Shown: in pieces, positions 12,385-26,195 of the stretch
How positions within the stretch are numbered: position 1 is the stretch's first letter
Layout of the letters: each line of letters begins with the position of its first letter
The notes under the pieces: model-generated
Database searches by the model: none
What the model was told of the DNA's origin: nothing
Seen by the model: only the letters and a program-made list of their open reading frames with translations
From: Chiloscyllium plagiosum
Lineage: Eukaryota
Length of the DNA: 64,000 bases
NCBI RefSeq assembly: GCF_004010195.1
Contig: NC_057719.1
Coordinates: 3,893,902 to 3,957,901, forward strand
Direction of reading: 5' to 3'
Made by a program: the position numbers and the translations under genes

Positions 12385-14629
12385 GTAAGAGTCTGATGGA
12401 ACTGGGATCACAGCCTGGGAGCCGGGCGGAAAGTTTGCCAAAAAAAAAACTTTGTCTGTAAATGAAACTATTCTTAGTGAGTTGGAGTAAAAGCTGCTCC
12501 CACCGCGGGTTATTCAACATCCTTGCTGGATAGGGATAGTTTGAACATAATCCTTCTCATTTTACTTCAAGCAAGCCGCTTTCCAAATTAATATTACTGG
12601 TGAATTAAGATTCACTAAATATTTCCAAATAACCTGTGGGAGTCGTTACACATCGTGGGCTAACTTCAGGAATTTTTCGGATGGGGTCAAATTCCATTCC
12701 AGCCGTAGCTTTATATTGTTCACTTCTTAACAGTTTTTGATGTCTGTATGTTTGTGTCACTGTGATTGTTGCTCCGTCTGTCCCTGTGATGTGACTAGAT
12801 CACTGTTGCAAAGACTAACCCCTAATTTGAATCTATCAACAGGACAGGATTGAAAACGTGCCATTCTGTCATTTGCCTGAATCATCACAAAGTTTAAAAC
12901 ACTCCAGATCCAACCTAAGGACACAAGAACAAATATTATCTAAAAATACATCTGTTACCTACACCCAAAATAGTGATTGGAATTGACGACCTTTCCCTGT
13001 GTTTAATCTTGTGCCCCTTTGCAGACCAGCTGGGTTGGTTCTTGCAGGAATTATCATCCCTGCTACATCATATACTCCAACTGCTCTCAGTCTCTGTACC
13101 ACACACACTCCTCCCTGACCACCACCCCTCTGCCTAGTCATGTGCTGCCCTTCTATTCATACACACTCTGTTGCTTCCCCCCTTATTGTTGTTTTCTGTC
13201 CCCTTCCCTTGCCTGCTCTCTCTGACCCTGTCCTGTCACCAGCTTGCCCTCTCTCTCCCACCTTCACCTGTGACTTTTTTTCCCATCTGATTACCTTTTC
13301 TCACTGTATGTGTGTCTTTCTCGCTGGCTCTTCCTCTCTTGTCTGTTCCTCACCCTAGTTGTTCCTCCGTCAAATAAATTTCTCTGTCTCATTTATTGAT
13401 ACTGATATGGTCAATGTTTCTCACAACTTTCCTGTCTTGTTTTTCTAAACTTTGAATATTCCATTATGCACACCCTTCCTCCTCCTGTGTTGAAATCAGG
13501 ATTCGTTGCAGCGCTGGCTGGGGGATGGTAGTATAGTAGTTATATTAGTGGTTCCGTATGCTTGAACTAATGATCTGAAGACATGAATTCAAATTCTACC
13601 ACGGCTGTTGGGTAGATTAAATTCAGTTAATTGAGTAAATCTGGAATGAAAACACTGCTATTAGTGATGGTAACCATGAAACTACCATGCAAAAACAATC
13701 CATCTGGTTTCATTTAGGGAAAGAAATCTATTGTCCTTGCATGGTCTGTATGTGACTCTACCAATGTGATTGCTGTTTAATAGCTTTCCAAAGCAGTCTG
13801 CCAAACCACTCCGTTGTCAAGATTCACTACCACTACTTCTCAAGGGCAGTTTGTGATACGCAAGAGATGATGGCTTTTGTCAGTAGTATCTACATCCCGC
13901 AAATAAGTAATTAGAAAATACACATCGGCTTGTCTATAAATTAATTTACCCAGCACTTCAAAACCTTATTTTCCTTAGTCGTCTTTTGCCCAGTCTAAGC
14001 TGGAGGATGCGCATTTCTGATTTCCATCTCCTTCTCTGCTTACAAACCTTGTCAGTGCCTTATATTTTGAACCATGGTACTATAGATAAGGGTACAATGG
14101 AGAGATGGAATATGAGACTCTAACAGACAAGAGTTTCATTTTTAAAAAGTCAAGGTATATAGAGAGAGGGAAAGAGATGCTAAAAGTGCCTGTCTATCTA
14201 TGGCAGCAGCTTTCAAGTCAGGCACAAGTTTGAATTTTATTCAAATAGTTGTTGAGAAAGATGCAAACATTTGGAATAAATAGTAAACTCAGCTCCTTGG
14301 AGAATGGTCATTTCATTTCAGGTCAAAATAAATCATTCAAGATGAGGAACTGATGAGGAATGACTAAGGATGGAATGAAAATGGGAAAAGGAGTTTGTAA
14401 CACTTTTAAAAGACTGTTTTCAATGCCTGTTGGAAGAGTGAAATTCCTTCCTGGTGATGTGTTCTGAAAAAAAGTTAGAATTGTAACAAGTGTACAGCAC
14501 AGAAAAAGATCTCTTGGCCCATTGTGTCAGTGCCAGCTGAAAAATGATCCTCGCAGCTTAACCCCACTTGCCAACGTTTAGATCATTACCCCACAGATAA
14601 TGAGACTTGGTAGAAACGTAGGAAGTTTA

Positions 14630-17600
14630 TGGTTGGTGAAATAACTCCCGGTATCTGGGAGATCCTGGAAGGCTGGAGAGTAGCAAATGTTGTGCCATTA
14701 TTCGAGAAGGGCTGCAAAGGAAAGCCTGGGAACTATAGACCAGTCAGCTTAACATCGGAGGTGGGTAAGTTACTTGAGAAGTTCTGAGGGATAAGATTTA
14801 CTAAGTTACTTGAGAAGTTCTGAGGGATAAGATTTACATGCATTTGGAAAGACCGGATTTAATTAAGAGTAGTCAACATGACTTTGTGAGTGGGAGATCA
14901 TGCCTCACAAATTTGTTAAGAGTTCTTTAAGGTGACCAGGAAGGTTGACAAGGGCACAGCAGTAGACATAGTTTATATGGATTAGGCAAAAGTGAGGACT
15001 GCAGATGCTGGAGATTAGAGTTGAGAGTGTGGTGCTAGAAAAGCACAGCAGGTCAGGCAGCATCCGAGGAGCAGGAGAAAACCCTTCATCAGGAATTGTA
15101 GTCTATGTGGATTTCGGTAAGATTCCACATGGTAGGCTGCTCTGGAAGCTTAGATTGCATGAAATCCAAATTTATGCTAGCAAATTGGTTACACAATTGG
15201 CATGATGGTAGGAAGCAAAGGGTAACAGTGAAAGAATGTGTATTGAGTCGGAAGAGATAGGAAAGGTCTTGAATGAGTACTTTTCTTCAGTATTTACAAA
15301 CGAGAGAGACCGTATTGTTGAAGAGTAGAGTGTGAAACGGACTGGTAAGCTAGAGGAGATACTTGTTAGGCAGGAAGATGTGTTGGACATTTTGAACAAC
15401 TTGAGGATAGACAAGTCCCCCGGGCCTGAGGGGATATATCCTAGGATTGTGGGAAGCAAGAGAGGAAATTGCAGTACCGTTGGCAATGATCTTTTCGTCT
15501 TCACTGTCAATGGGGGTGGTACCAGGGGACTGGAGAGTGGCGAATGTTGTGCCCCTGTTCAAAAAACGGAATAGGGATAACCCCGGGAATTACAGGCCAG
15601 TTAGTCTTACTNNNNNNNNNNNNNNNNNNNNNNNNNNNNNNNNNNNNNNNNNNNNNNNNNNNNNNNNNNNNNNNNNNNNNNNNNNNNNNNNNNNNNNNNN
15701 NNNNNNNNNNNNNNNNNNNNNNNNNNNNNNNNNNNNNNNNNNNNNNNNNNNNNNNNNNNNNNNNNNNNNNNNNNNNNNNNNNNNNNNNNNNNNNNNNNNN
15801 NNNNNNNNNNNNNNNNNNNNNNNNNNNNNNNNNNNNNNNNNNNNNNNNNNNNNNNNNNNNNNNNNNNNNNNNNNNNNNNNNNNNNNNNNNNNNNNNNNNN
15901 NNNNNNNNNNNNNNNNNNNNNNNNNNNNNNNNNNNNNNNNNNNNNNNNNNNNNNNNNNNNNNNNNNNNNNNNNNNNNNNNNNNNNNNNNNNNNNNNNNNN
16001 NNNNNNNNNNNNNNNNNNNNNNNNNNNNNNNNNNNNNNNNNNNNNNNNNNNNNNNNNNNNNNNNNNNNNNNNNNNNNNNNNNNNNNNNNNNNNNNNNNNN
16101 NNNNNNNNNNNNNNNNNNNNNNNNNNNNNNNNNNNNNNNNNNNNNNNNNNNNNNNNNNNNNNNNNNNNNNNNNNNNNNNNNNNNNNNNNNNNNNNNNNNN
16201 NNNNNNNNNNNNNNNNNNNNNNNNNNNNNNNNNNNNNNNNNNNNNNNNNNNNNNNNNNNNNNNNNNNNNNNNNNNNNNNNNNNNNNNNNNNNNNNNNNNN
16301 NNNNNNNNNNNNNNNNNNNNNNNNNNNNNNNNNNNNNNNNNNNNNNNNNNNNNNNNNNNNNNNNNNNNNNNNNNNNNNNNNNNNNNNNNNNNNNNNNNNN
16401 NNNNNNNNNNNNNNNNNNNNNNNNNNNNNNNNNNNNNNNNNNNNNNNNNNNNNNNNNNNNNNNNNNNNNNNNNNNNNNNNNNNNNNNNNNNNNNNNNNNN
16501 NNNNNNNNNNNNNNNATAGGGGGGATGTCAGGGGTGGGTTCTTTACCCAGAGAGTGGTGTGGGCATGGAATGCGCTGCCTGTGGGTGTGGTAGAGTCAGA
16601 ATCTTTGGTGACCTTTAAGCGGCAATTGGATAGGTACGTGGATGGGTGCTTAAGCTAGGACAAATGTTCAGCACAACATCGTGGGCCGAAGGGCCTGTTC
16701 TGTGCTGTATTGTTCTATGTTCTATGTTCTATGAAGCTTGTCGGACTTGAGGCCTGTGACTACTGGAGTGTCTCCGGGGTTGGGGCTGGACTCATTACTG
16801 TTTGTTATCTGTAAGAATTATTTGGATGAGAATGTACAAGCCATGACTAGTAAGTTTGCTGATTACACTAAAATAGGTGGTATCATGGACAGTGAGGAAG
16901 GTTATCAGAAATTGCAGCAGAACCTTGATCAGCAGGGGAAGTGGGCTGAGAAATGGCAAATGGAGTTTATTCTAGATAAGTATGAGTTTGGAAAGTCAAG
17001 GTAAGAGTTTCATGGTGAATGGCAGGGCCTTGAGGAGTGTAGTGGAACAGAGGGATCTAGGCGTTCAGGTTAACTGTACTCTGAAAGTGGAGTCACAGGT
17101 AGACAGGGCAGTGAAGAAGGCTATTGGCACACTGGCCTTCATCAGACAGGGCATTCAGTATAGAAGTTGGGAAGTTATGTTGCAGTTATATAGAACATTG
17201 GTGAGGTCACACTTGGAGTATTGTGTTCAGCTTTGATCTCCTTGCTATGGGAAAGATGTTATTAAACTGGAAAGAATGCAGAATAAATTTACAAGGATGT
17301 TGACTGGATTCAATGATCTGAGTTATAGGGAGAGATTGGACAAACTAGGGCTTTTCTCTTTTAGAGCATAGGAGACTGAGGGGTTGGGGTGGGGGGTGGG
17401 GGGGGAATCCTTTATAGAGATGTATAAGATCATGAGAGGCATGGATAGAGTGAGTGCACTCAGTCTTTTTCCCAGGATTGGGGAATCGAGGATTAGAGGG
17501 CATCAGTTTAAGATTAGACAGAATAGAATATAAGGGAACCTGAATGGCAACTTTTTACACAGAGGGTGGTACATATATGGAATGAGCTGCCAGCGGAAGT

Positions 17601-17776
17601 GCTTGAGCCGGGTACATTACAACATTTAAAAGGTATTTGGACAAATAGACGGATAGGAAAGAATTAGAAGGATATCTGCCAAATGCAGAGAAATGGGGTT
17701 AGACTGGACAGACATTTTGGTCAGCGTGGACCAGTTTGGGCCAAAGAGCCTATCTCTGTGCTGTAGGATTCTATCA
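14630..17776 (+). mobile_element. CR1 LINE with a nested younger CR1 (~15233-16733) and a Penelope fragment (~14985-15097)
   Basis: WRVANVVPLFKK..PGNYRPVSLT, KFADYTK, HLEYCVQ. Nested copy ends in a (TTCTATG)n tail and has the same 3' end as the 7208 element. Confidence 0.88.
15612..16515. other. Assembly gap (904 N) inside a young CR1 LINE
   Basis: Run of N flanked on both sides by CR1 ORF2 sequence. Confidence 0.99.
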
Positions 17777-17939
17777 GGGAGGCAAAAGTGAGGACTGCAG
17801 ATGCTGGAAACCAGAGTTTAGATTAGAGTGGTGCTGGAAAAGCACAGCAGGTCAGGCAGCATCTGAGAAGCAGGATTTTCCCGCTCCTTGGATGCTGCCT
17901 GACCTGCTGTGCTTTTCCAGCACCACTCTCATGTAAAAC
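17777..17939. mobile_element. Inverted Penelope terminal fragment
   Basis: Perfect 16-bp TSD ctgtaggattctatca (17761-17776 / 17940-17955). Inverted arms. Confidence 0.85.
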
Positions 17940-17957
17940 CTGTAGGATTCTATCACT

Positions 17958-20900
17958 CTATCCTGTCATCACATCACCTTTTATTTACACATGGAGAGTC
18001 CTTGACACTGATCTAGCTCCCTCAGACCCAGCTTTCAGAACAACAGTATATCTGACACTGCTGTTTATTTATTTTTAATTTTGTTTTTTTTTCTTTCCCC
18101 CCACACTACCGCCTAACAGCAGTAGACACTCCTGTTTATGTCTGTCAGCGAGGGCTCCCTGATTGGGGCTGTTAATCTGGACCAATCAGGGAACTCATAT
18201 TCTATGATGTCCACCTGGCTGACCTCACTACAATCACTGTATCACTCTCCCCTGAGTCTGAGGACATGGGCCAGTTCTTTTCTTTTGTAGCTCCTCCTGG
18301 CAGTTTAGCACTGGGTCAGGTTCCTCCTCCCCTGCCTCTGATATGGGCGGTGTGTTAATCACAGTTGCTCTCCTCTTGTGCCTGAAGCATCTCAGAAGAA
18401 AGTCATTTGCTTCTTCAGGCAGCAAAGGCATTAAGGTGGCAGCATCTGCCATGTCCATCTCAGATTTTGAGGTATCTTCAACGCTTAAAGCAGCACAGTG
18501 GCTCAGTGGTTAGTACTTCTGCCACACAGCACCAGGGACCCAGCAACCTCGGGTGACTGTCTATGTGGAGTTTGCACATTCTTCCTGTGTGGACTTCCTC
18601 TGGGTGATCCGGTTTCCTCCCACAGTTCAAAAATGAGCAGGTTAAGTGGGTTGGCCATGCTAAATTGTCTGTAGTGTCCAGGGATGTACAGGTTAGGTGG
18701 ATTAGCCATGGGAAATGCAGGGTTACATGAATAGGATAAGAGGGTGAGTCTAGGTGGGATGCTCTTCGGAGATTGGGTGTAGACTTGTTGGGCCAAATGA
18801 CCTGCTTCCACACTGTAGGGATTTTATGAAAGGGAGAACCCATGGGTTCTGGAACATTCAGAAAGGGTGTCGAGGACCTCTGCACATTTTGTTCCCACAC
18901 CGTTTGCGAGTTTGCAACTTTTGTAATCCAAGTGTTTGTTAAGACCATCGCACCTCCCCGAACTTTAACATTGGACCAACTTTGCATCAACCATGCCTCT
19001 TAACCATGTAGGGCCAACCCCATGGTTCCTACACCAACTGTCATCCCCTGAAGTAACCTGTCTCTCTCACCTAGAGGAATCTTGTGTCTGGCATTAGCAT
19101 CCCAGATGCCATTTCATTTCCCCCCCCCCCCATGTTTGACGAATTAACTTTGTGTGGTTAACACATAACTGAATCCCAGGTTTACCTGACCGTTCCCAAA
19201 AAATGTGGGCAAGCTGCTGGCAGTGAGTTTTGTCCTTGTCAGTGCTCTGGGCACTGCCCCACCAACATGGCTATGACTGCATCCAGTCCTGATCACTTGA
19301 CATAACATCATTCCAACATCTTCATTTTGGAAACCCCTGGATAACCCTGGTGGAGTTCAGCCAGTATCAGGCAGTGACCTTTGCTTGGGACAATCACTCT
19401 TGCTCCGCACAATCATATTCTTTCCTCTGTTGTGATTTGGTTTGTTCAGGTTCAAAAATCTGGTTGTGATGACCCCGTCGTTTTTGGATGTTCCTCTCCA
19501 TTGGACCACCTATGAGCTAATACGACCCTGATGCTGTATTGGGAGGCGTCGCCTGTCAATACCAGATCTCACTTGGAATCATAGTGTGCCAACATCTTAG
19601 AGGATGATAGCTCTTTCTTCACTTCCCTGAAAGCTATAGCTTGGCTACATGACCACTTCAAAAGCAAACCCTTTTTTAGGAGTTGATGCAAAGATGCCAG
19701 GATGGAGGCCAGATTATGTATGAACTTTTCAAAATAATTCATCAGTCCATGGAAAGACCTAAGCTCCAGTGTAGATGTGGGAGCCGGGGCAGCTTTGATC
19801 ACTGTCACTTTAACTTCCAATAGGTGTAACTCAATCTTCTTAACTCTATGGTCTAGCTAGGTCACTTGGGATATCTGAAACACATTTTTCCCTTCTGAGG
19901 CATACACACGCTTGGAAGAAAGATCTACGGACTATAACCAAGTTCTCTAAGTGTATATTATTGATCTTTCCTATTAGTAGCACATAATCTGGATAAATGG
20001 TGATCTGGTGTAGACCTTGTAAAATGTTCTCCATTGTCTGGTGAAAAATTGTATGGGCTGACTATACCCTAAATGACAATCTCATACAATGGTACAAACC
20101 CTTCTGGGTGGTATTAATCGTAGTGTACTCTGGGAATCCTCATCTAACTGCAGTTGCAAGTATACATGGCTTATATCCAGCTCCCTGAAGGACAGCCCCC
20201 TGCAATATAAAGCCTCTATGAGAGGGATTGGATATTTATCCAGCTGCGAAAAGTGGTTTACCATTTGTTTAAAATCCCCATAAAGATACACTGACCCATA
20301 GAGCTTCACAATCAGTATGATGGGTGCAGCCCATTCAGTAACTGGGCTGGTTTGATGGTTCTTTAACTTCCCAGCCTTCTGATTTCTGCCTCTATTTTTG
20401 CTCAAGACAAATGGCCATTGGGCAGGCCTTGCACAATCATAGAATTGCTTTCGGGATCAATATGCCTTGGCTCCGCTGATGGTCCCTAGACCTTCCTGAA
20501 AAACCTCCACTAAGGACTTCACTCAGGCAGTAATTTTCTAATCAAAAAATGTTGAGCCAATCAAGGTGAATCTTTCTCAACCAATTTTGCCCCATCAAGC
20601 TCAGGCCCGAGCCTTTAACTACGATCAGTGGTAAATAAACCAGGTACTGGAACCGATGTTGTACCCTTTACCTGTAGTTTCCCCAGGAAAGGTTCTCATT
20701 TTAGCTGAGACCTTGTGCAAACTTAAGGTTTGGAGTCCAGAGCAAATTTTGTTAAGACCAGTTCTATGATCACTGAAACGGCCACACCAGTATCGATTTC
20801 CACTAAAACCAGGTGACCATTTAACTAAAAGTTTATTTTGATTTGTTCTGATTTGGACGTTGCTAAGCATTTTAACTGTTCCCGATGTAGGTGTGCACTG

Positions 20901-21435
20901 TCCTGGATATTGGCCTGAGTTCTCTTGCTCGGTTTAGGTCGGGTGAGACTCTTTTGCTGTCTTGAGTCCACACACCACCAGCAACTACAATGGCTTATCA
21001 GCCCAGATTATGAAGAAACTTCTAACCATTTGGCCGAGGCTTGGCTTTGTTTTGGGGTTTTGCTGTGGGCAGCCCCAGAGTCCTTCTGTTTACGATATGT
21101 CCTGAGTGAGGCTGTGTGATTGCCTTCACTGAAGTGGTGCTCCCAAGCTCACTCAGAGTGGCGAGAGTGTCAACATTCATCGGACTCATATGCCCTACTT
21201 GCTGCATTTTTCAATGATAAAGCCAGTTGTAGTGCCTATTTGAGGTCCAGTTGGGCTTCAGCTAGTAGGCGTTTTGCATAGTTACATCATCAATCTCAAT
21301 ATCAACAGTCTCTCAGCATCTCGTTAAAAGTTGTTCCAAAGTCCTATGCTCCTGAACACCTGCTGGTCAAAAATCCTGAAATGATTCCCCTCATAATCTG
21401 AGGTCCACCTGGCTGACCTTTTTACTATCACAATA
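17958..21435 (-). mobile_element. Decayed Gypsy-type LTR retrotransposon (3' LTR ~17958-18241, 5' LTR remnant ~21390-21435)
   Basis: RT motifs WAAPIILIVK..GDFK..DKYPIP..LDISHVYLQ and MENILQGL..YPDYVL, connection/RNase H-side ELRSFHGLMNY. Purine tract GGGGAGAGTGA (- strand) next to the 3' LTR. gtccacctggctgacct occurs at both ends. Confidence 0.85.
18490..18828 (+). mobile_element. HE1-type V-SINE (inserted in the Gypsy element)
   Basis: tRNA-like head gtggctcagtggttag, V-domain tgtggagtttgcacattct..ccggtttcctcccacag, CR1-like 3' tail. Confidence 0.85.
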
Positions 21436-22469
21436 AAGAATAGAGTGAGGATAAGAACAGAGTCCTGAAAACTCCAGAGATAATGGGGAAAGACGTTTAA
21501 TGGTGAACAGTGACATGGCAGTTTAGAAGTAAACTAGATTGCTATGTACAGAGGGAGGGCAGGCTGGTGTTAACTTATTTAGAAATGCAGTGTGCCTGGT
21601 TCTGCCAAATGTTTTAGAGATCTACAAAATAAATAGCTCAAGTGGAGAATTTTGCAAGGCCTTGTTGACATTCAATTCAATCACAAATATTACATCACTG
21701 TTTTTCTGTTCCCAGTGTGCTTTGGCAGCATAGAGGAAGTGATACCTCCCTGAAGGATGATGGATTTACTGAGTAAGCTCTGGAGGTTCCTCTATGCATC
21801 AGGAGACTTGGCACTGGTTCCTATGGGACAAGTTACAAATTGTCCATTTTTACCTTTAAGTGTGAGCCAGTGAGGAAGTGTTAACTCTCATGTTTACATT
21901 TCTGTGTTAAAAAGGTCAGAATTTCAAGCAGGCATGTTAGCTAGGAGGGACTTCCCAGAGGCAGATGCGACTTAATGGCTGATCGTCTTGGATTCCAAAG
22001 CATATTGTGTACAGTATTCATTGCACTCACCTGCTTTCTGTTATAGGAACAAAATAAGACCATTCAGCTCCTCAAGTTTGAAATGCCTCCTTTGAAGTTC
22101 CAGGCAGGAAATGTCTGCACTGGTGTTATGTTTATGAATTACCTCTGTCACTCATTCTTTCTCGGAGACACATAACATAGAGTGAATCAATACTAATTAT
22201 CACTTTCCTCACTTTTTCCTCTCTTGCTCCTGTATAAACACAAAGGGTGTGGTGAAATACTTGTTGCTCAATTGGTTTGGATGATCTCTAATAGACATAA
22301 CTTTGAGAGTATGGTCATTTGGTGTACTGCGTTCGTGCTGTTTTTTTAAAAAAAACCTATTTAGCTATCATGCTTTCTAATTATTGGACCATGACTTTTA
22401 AGGTGTGGGTATGACAGTTAAAGTGCATATCCACAAATTTCAAAAATGTGATGCAGGTTTTTGTGTTTT

Positions 22470-24660
22470 CCAGGCAGAGTGACAGGGCACCCACCACAAC
22501 TTCAGGGTGAAAGAATTACCATCAACCCTCCTCTAATTCTTCTATTGATTGCTTAAAGTCTATGGTGCCTGGCTATTGACCTATCTACTAAGAGGAAATA
22601 AGGGGCCCCTCATAATCTTGTACGCATCAATTAAGTTTCTCGCTTGCCTCCACGTTGTGAGAGAACAGCCGATTTGTTATTTTCTGATAGCCGTGATCCT
22701 CCTTCCTGGCACCATTCTCGTAAATCTGCACTCTGCTCTTTCTAGTATGATCTCAAACCTCCTGTAATGCAGCGAACAGAACTCAATGCAATATTCTAGC
22801 TGTGGCTAAACTAGTGTTTTACGCGTTCTCACAGACTCTCCCTCTTATTATTCTTATATTATATACCTTTAGCCAACAAGAGAAAGCAGCAAGCTTACTT
22901 TCTTATTTAGCTGTCCTTCAAGGGTTTGTGGACTGCAAGGTTTCATTGTTCCTCCTATTTTTCTCCATATTCCTGACATCCTCTGTGCACTCCTTTTGTT
23001 TTGTTAGTCTTTGCCATAACCTCACACCTGTTGGGATTCAATTCCATTTTCTACTTTTCTGCCAAAGGGACTAATTCATTGGTATTGTCCTGCAATTTAC
23101 ATTTTTTTTTCACTATCAGCCCCATGGTAAATATTTGTCTTGTCTGCAAAGTTTTTGATAGATTTAGAAGTAAATGCAAGAAAAACCTTTCATTATACCA
23201 ATGATTCCCAAACGTTTTTCTAGAAAGACCACATTTCAAGGCATAATAGTAAGAATTTTGAGGGCTGGAGAATGTGTAAGAGAAATCCTGTGAGAGTGTT
23301 TTAGACCGAGAAAGGTCAGAGCTACACAGCAGCCATTTCTGCCATTTGGAGCTTTTAACCTAAGTAAATTTCCACTTGTGACCCCATTTGGGTTCTGGCC
23401 CCACTTTGGGAAGCTGTGGATTTTTCCATGAAAAGGAAGGATCTCTTTGAAACCTCACAGGACATAGTCTTCCGATCACAAAAACCTGTCAATCATTACA
23501 CTTTTATTTCTGTCAGTAAGTCCATTTTGCATCCAGTTTGACTTTTTCTTGAATCCTGTGAACTATGAATTTAGTATCAGTCTGCCATGAGAGACCTTAT
23601 CCAAATCACTGTAAAGTGCATAAAGACTGCTTCAAACATATTATCCTAAGCCACTTCCTCAAAATGTTCAGTCAAGTTAGTTAGGCGCAACCTTCCCTTA
23701 ACAAATCCATGTGGCCTGAATTATTGACCTGTGCTTTTCTAGCATAATTTTATGTTGTTCCTTGGACATTTTTCCCAATAATTTGCCCACCACAAGATTA
23801 AGATGACTGAGCTGTAATTACTTGATCTATTCTTTTCTCCCTTTTCACTCAATGGAACAACTTTAACTGACCTCAAATCCTCGAAGACCATATCTAAAGT
23901 CAAAAAGAATTGGAAAATGATGGTCATAAAGAACCGCTGCTATTTTGTACCATATCATTTTGTCTGAATGTTTGTGGAATTGGCTTCAACTCGATGCTAA
24001 GAACAGAAGTAAGAGAAAGTCAACCGTAGCTGAAAAAGAAAAGGCTTCGGAAATGGGCAGAAATAGTAGTAAATCTGAGGATTGGGAAGTTTTTAGAATA
24101 CAGTAAATGTGGTCCAAGGAAAGGAAGAATAGAATTTTGCGGTGGCATGATGGCTCAGTGGTTAGCACCGTTGCTTCACAGTGCCAGGGACCCGTGTTCG
24201 ATTCCAGCCCCAAGCAACTGCTTGTGTGGAGTTTGTACATTCTCCCCGTGTCTGCCTGGGTTTCCTCCAGGTGCTCCGGTTTTCCCCTGCAGTCCAAAGA
24301 TATGCAGATTAGGTGAATTGGCTGTGCTAAATTGCCTGTAGTTTTCAGGGATGTGTCAGTTAGGTGCATTAATCAGGGGAAATGTAGAGTAATAGGGTAG
24401 GAGAATGGATCTGGATAGGAAACTCTTCGGACGGTCGGCGTGGACTTGTTGGGCCAAAGGGCCTATTTCCACATTGTAGGGATTCTATAATTCTATAAAA
24501 CAAATGCAAGCTAGAGAAAAAGAAACTTAAAAAAAACACAAGTGAACTGCAAAATTTTCTGCAAGTAAATGAAGAGGGAGCATTTGACTAACTTGAGTGA
24601 AGGACTATTAAAAAGTCAGAAGAATTTAAATGATTTGTTTGACCAACTTCACGAAATCTG
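22470..24660. mobile_element. Old CR1 LINE fragments (mostly - strand)
   Basis: Degenerate ORF2-like sequence (VVPLSEKGEKNRSSNYSSVIL). Confidence 0.65.
24139..24497 (+). mobile_element. HE1-type V-SINE
   Basis: Box A tggctcagtgg, box B gttcgattcc, V-domain, (ttctata) tail. Confidence 0.88.
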
Positions 24661-25744
24661 GAGACTTTGGCTTAGCTAAAAATTCTGCAACTTTAATGCA
24701 GAAGATTCTAGATGCAGGGGAATTGTCCATTAGAATCTTTCTTTTCCTGGGCCATTCCTACATTTGGGATTTTGCATAGTCTTGCTGCACAACTCCAATC
24801 TGCGCTGCTCCAACCACCATTTTGGGCCATGATCAATAGAGATACCATTACAGAATGCATCAAGTGGGGAGGACAAATAGAGGACACCTTTTGTTATGCA
24901 GGGAGAGATGCTCAGGGAGAATTATGGGCACTTGTGACTACTGTTGTAGATCATGGTGAGATGTGTGTCGTGGTTATGTTAGTGGACTTATAGTTCAGAT
25001 ACTCATGCTCTGGAAAATTGAGTTCAAATCCCACCAAGAGATAATGGAATTTAAATTAATTTCAAGTATTAAAGAAAAAAGTTAACACAAAGCTATTACA
25101 ACAATTGAGAAATACCCATCTGGTTCATCAATGTCCTTTCCAAAAGGAGATTTTCCATCCCTACCTGGTCTGGCCCATAAATGACTGCAGACCCACTGTA
25201 ATATGATTGACATTTAATTGTGTTTTGAAATGGCCAAGCCAGCCACTCAGATCCACACCAATTAGGGATTTTGTAACAAATACTGGTTTTGCTAGTGACG
25301 TCACATCACGTCAAATAGTAAATAAATAAATGCACCCTTTTGAAGTTTAAGTCCTTGACACCATCTACATTGTGTAAGATTCTTCTCCCCCCACTGATCT
25401 TTTGTAAATTGTGCCTTTTAATTTTTGGAAATTGTTTTGACCAAAAATGTGTTGCCAGTTTAAACTTCAATCCTTCTTTTGATTCCAAGGATTTGCCTTG
25501 TAATTAGAAGCTAGAAATATGTAAACACCAAAGCAAACCAATGTAAACTGGAGCCAACTAGGGAAAAAGAGGAGACCTGGGTTCTGGCATACAACAATGT
25601 AGGTCATGATTATACAGAAAGGGTGAGGTGAATAAATGGCGCCTTTAAACCCTTCCCCCAACATGCAGTGCTTATAAGATAGAAGACTTGCGTTCATAAC
25701 ACATTTTGTAACATCTGAATGATCCAAAGCTGACTGGAGCCAGT

Positions 25745-26195
25745 ACGTTTGAAATGGAGTCACTGTTGTAGGAAACATGGTTTGTTGTTTGTGTGATGTT
25801 GATTGAGGGATAAGTATTTTCAGGACAATAGGAGGAAGTCCTCTTCAGAATAATGCAACTTTCTTATACCACTTTTGAGAGGGCAGAGGTTTGCTTTGTG
25901 CTGTCATTTCTGACAGCACAGTGGTCCATTTGTACTCCCTCAGGGAGTGGGGATGTCTAGATTTTGTAATCAAATGTTTGGAGTGGGTTTGAAACCACAT
26001 ACATTCAGATGAGAGTACAGAGGAACCTCAAACATCTGAATGACATAATTGGGGAGTAATTTTTTCGAATAATCAAATGCCGGATAACACAGTTTAGCCA
26101 AGCGTTGGGAGCTTGCGATCTTGTCCGGATAATCCGAATTTCGGATAATCGAATGCTGGACAATCGAGGTTCCTCTGTACTACATACTGAGTCAA
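25745..26195 (-). mobile_element. Old Deu-SINE (SacSINE1-like) remnant; similar remnants ~42525-42830-, 51930-52120+, 53350-53500-, 57335-57630-
   Basis: Degenerate gttgagggataa..gacagcac..ctccctcag..ggagtggg.ttgaa motifs, recognised from memory of the family. Confidence 0.5.
26018..26177. mobile_element. Tc1/mariner (pogo/Tigger-like) MITE
   Basis: Perfect 12-bp TIR cagaggaacctc / gaggttcctctg with TA on both sides (26016-17, 26178-79). Internal ggataa repeats. Confidence 0.85.

Noticed and set aside
12959..13400. CT-rich ORFs after exon 1
   Set aside because: Low-complexity pyrimidine-rich intron sequence with no recognisable domain, and exon 1 already splices in frame to exon 2.
15447..16658. 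403-aa and 349-aa ORFs
   Set aside because: Artefacts of translating through the 904-N gap. The flanks are CR1 ORF2.
17958..21435. Endogenous retrovirus or domesticated gag gene
   Set aside because: RT motifs are Gypsy-type, there is no env, and all frames are disrupted.
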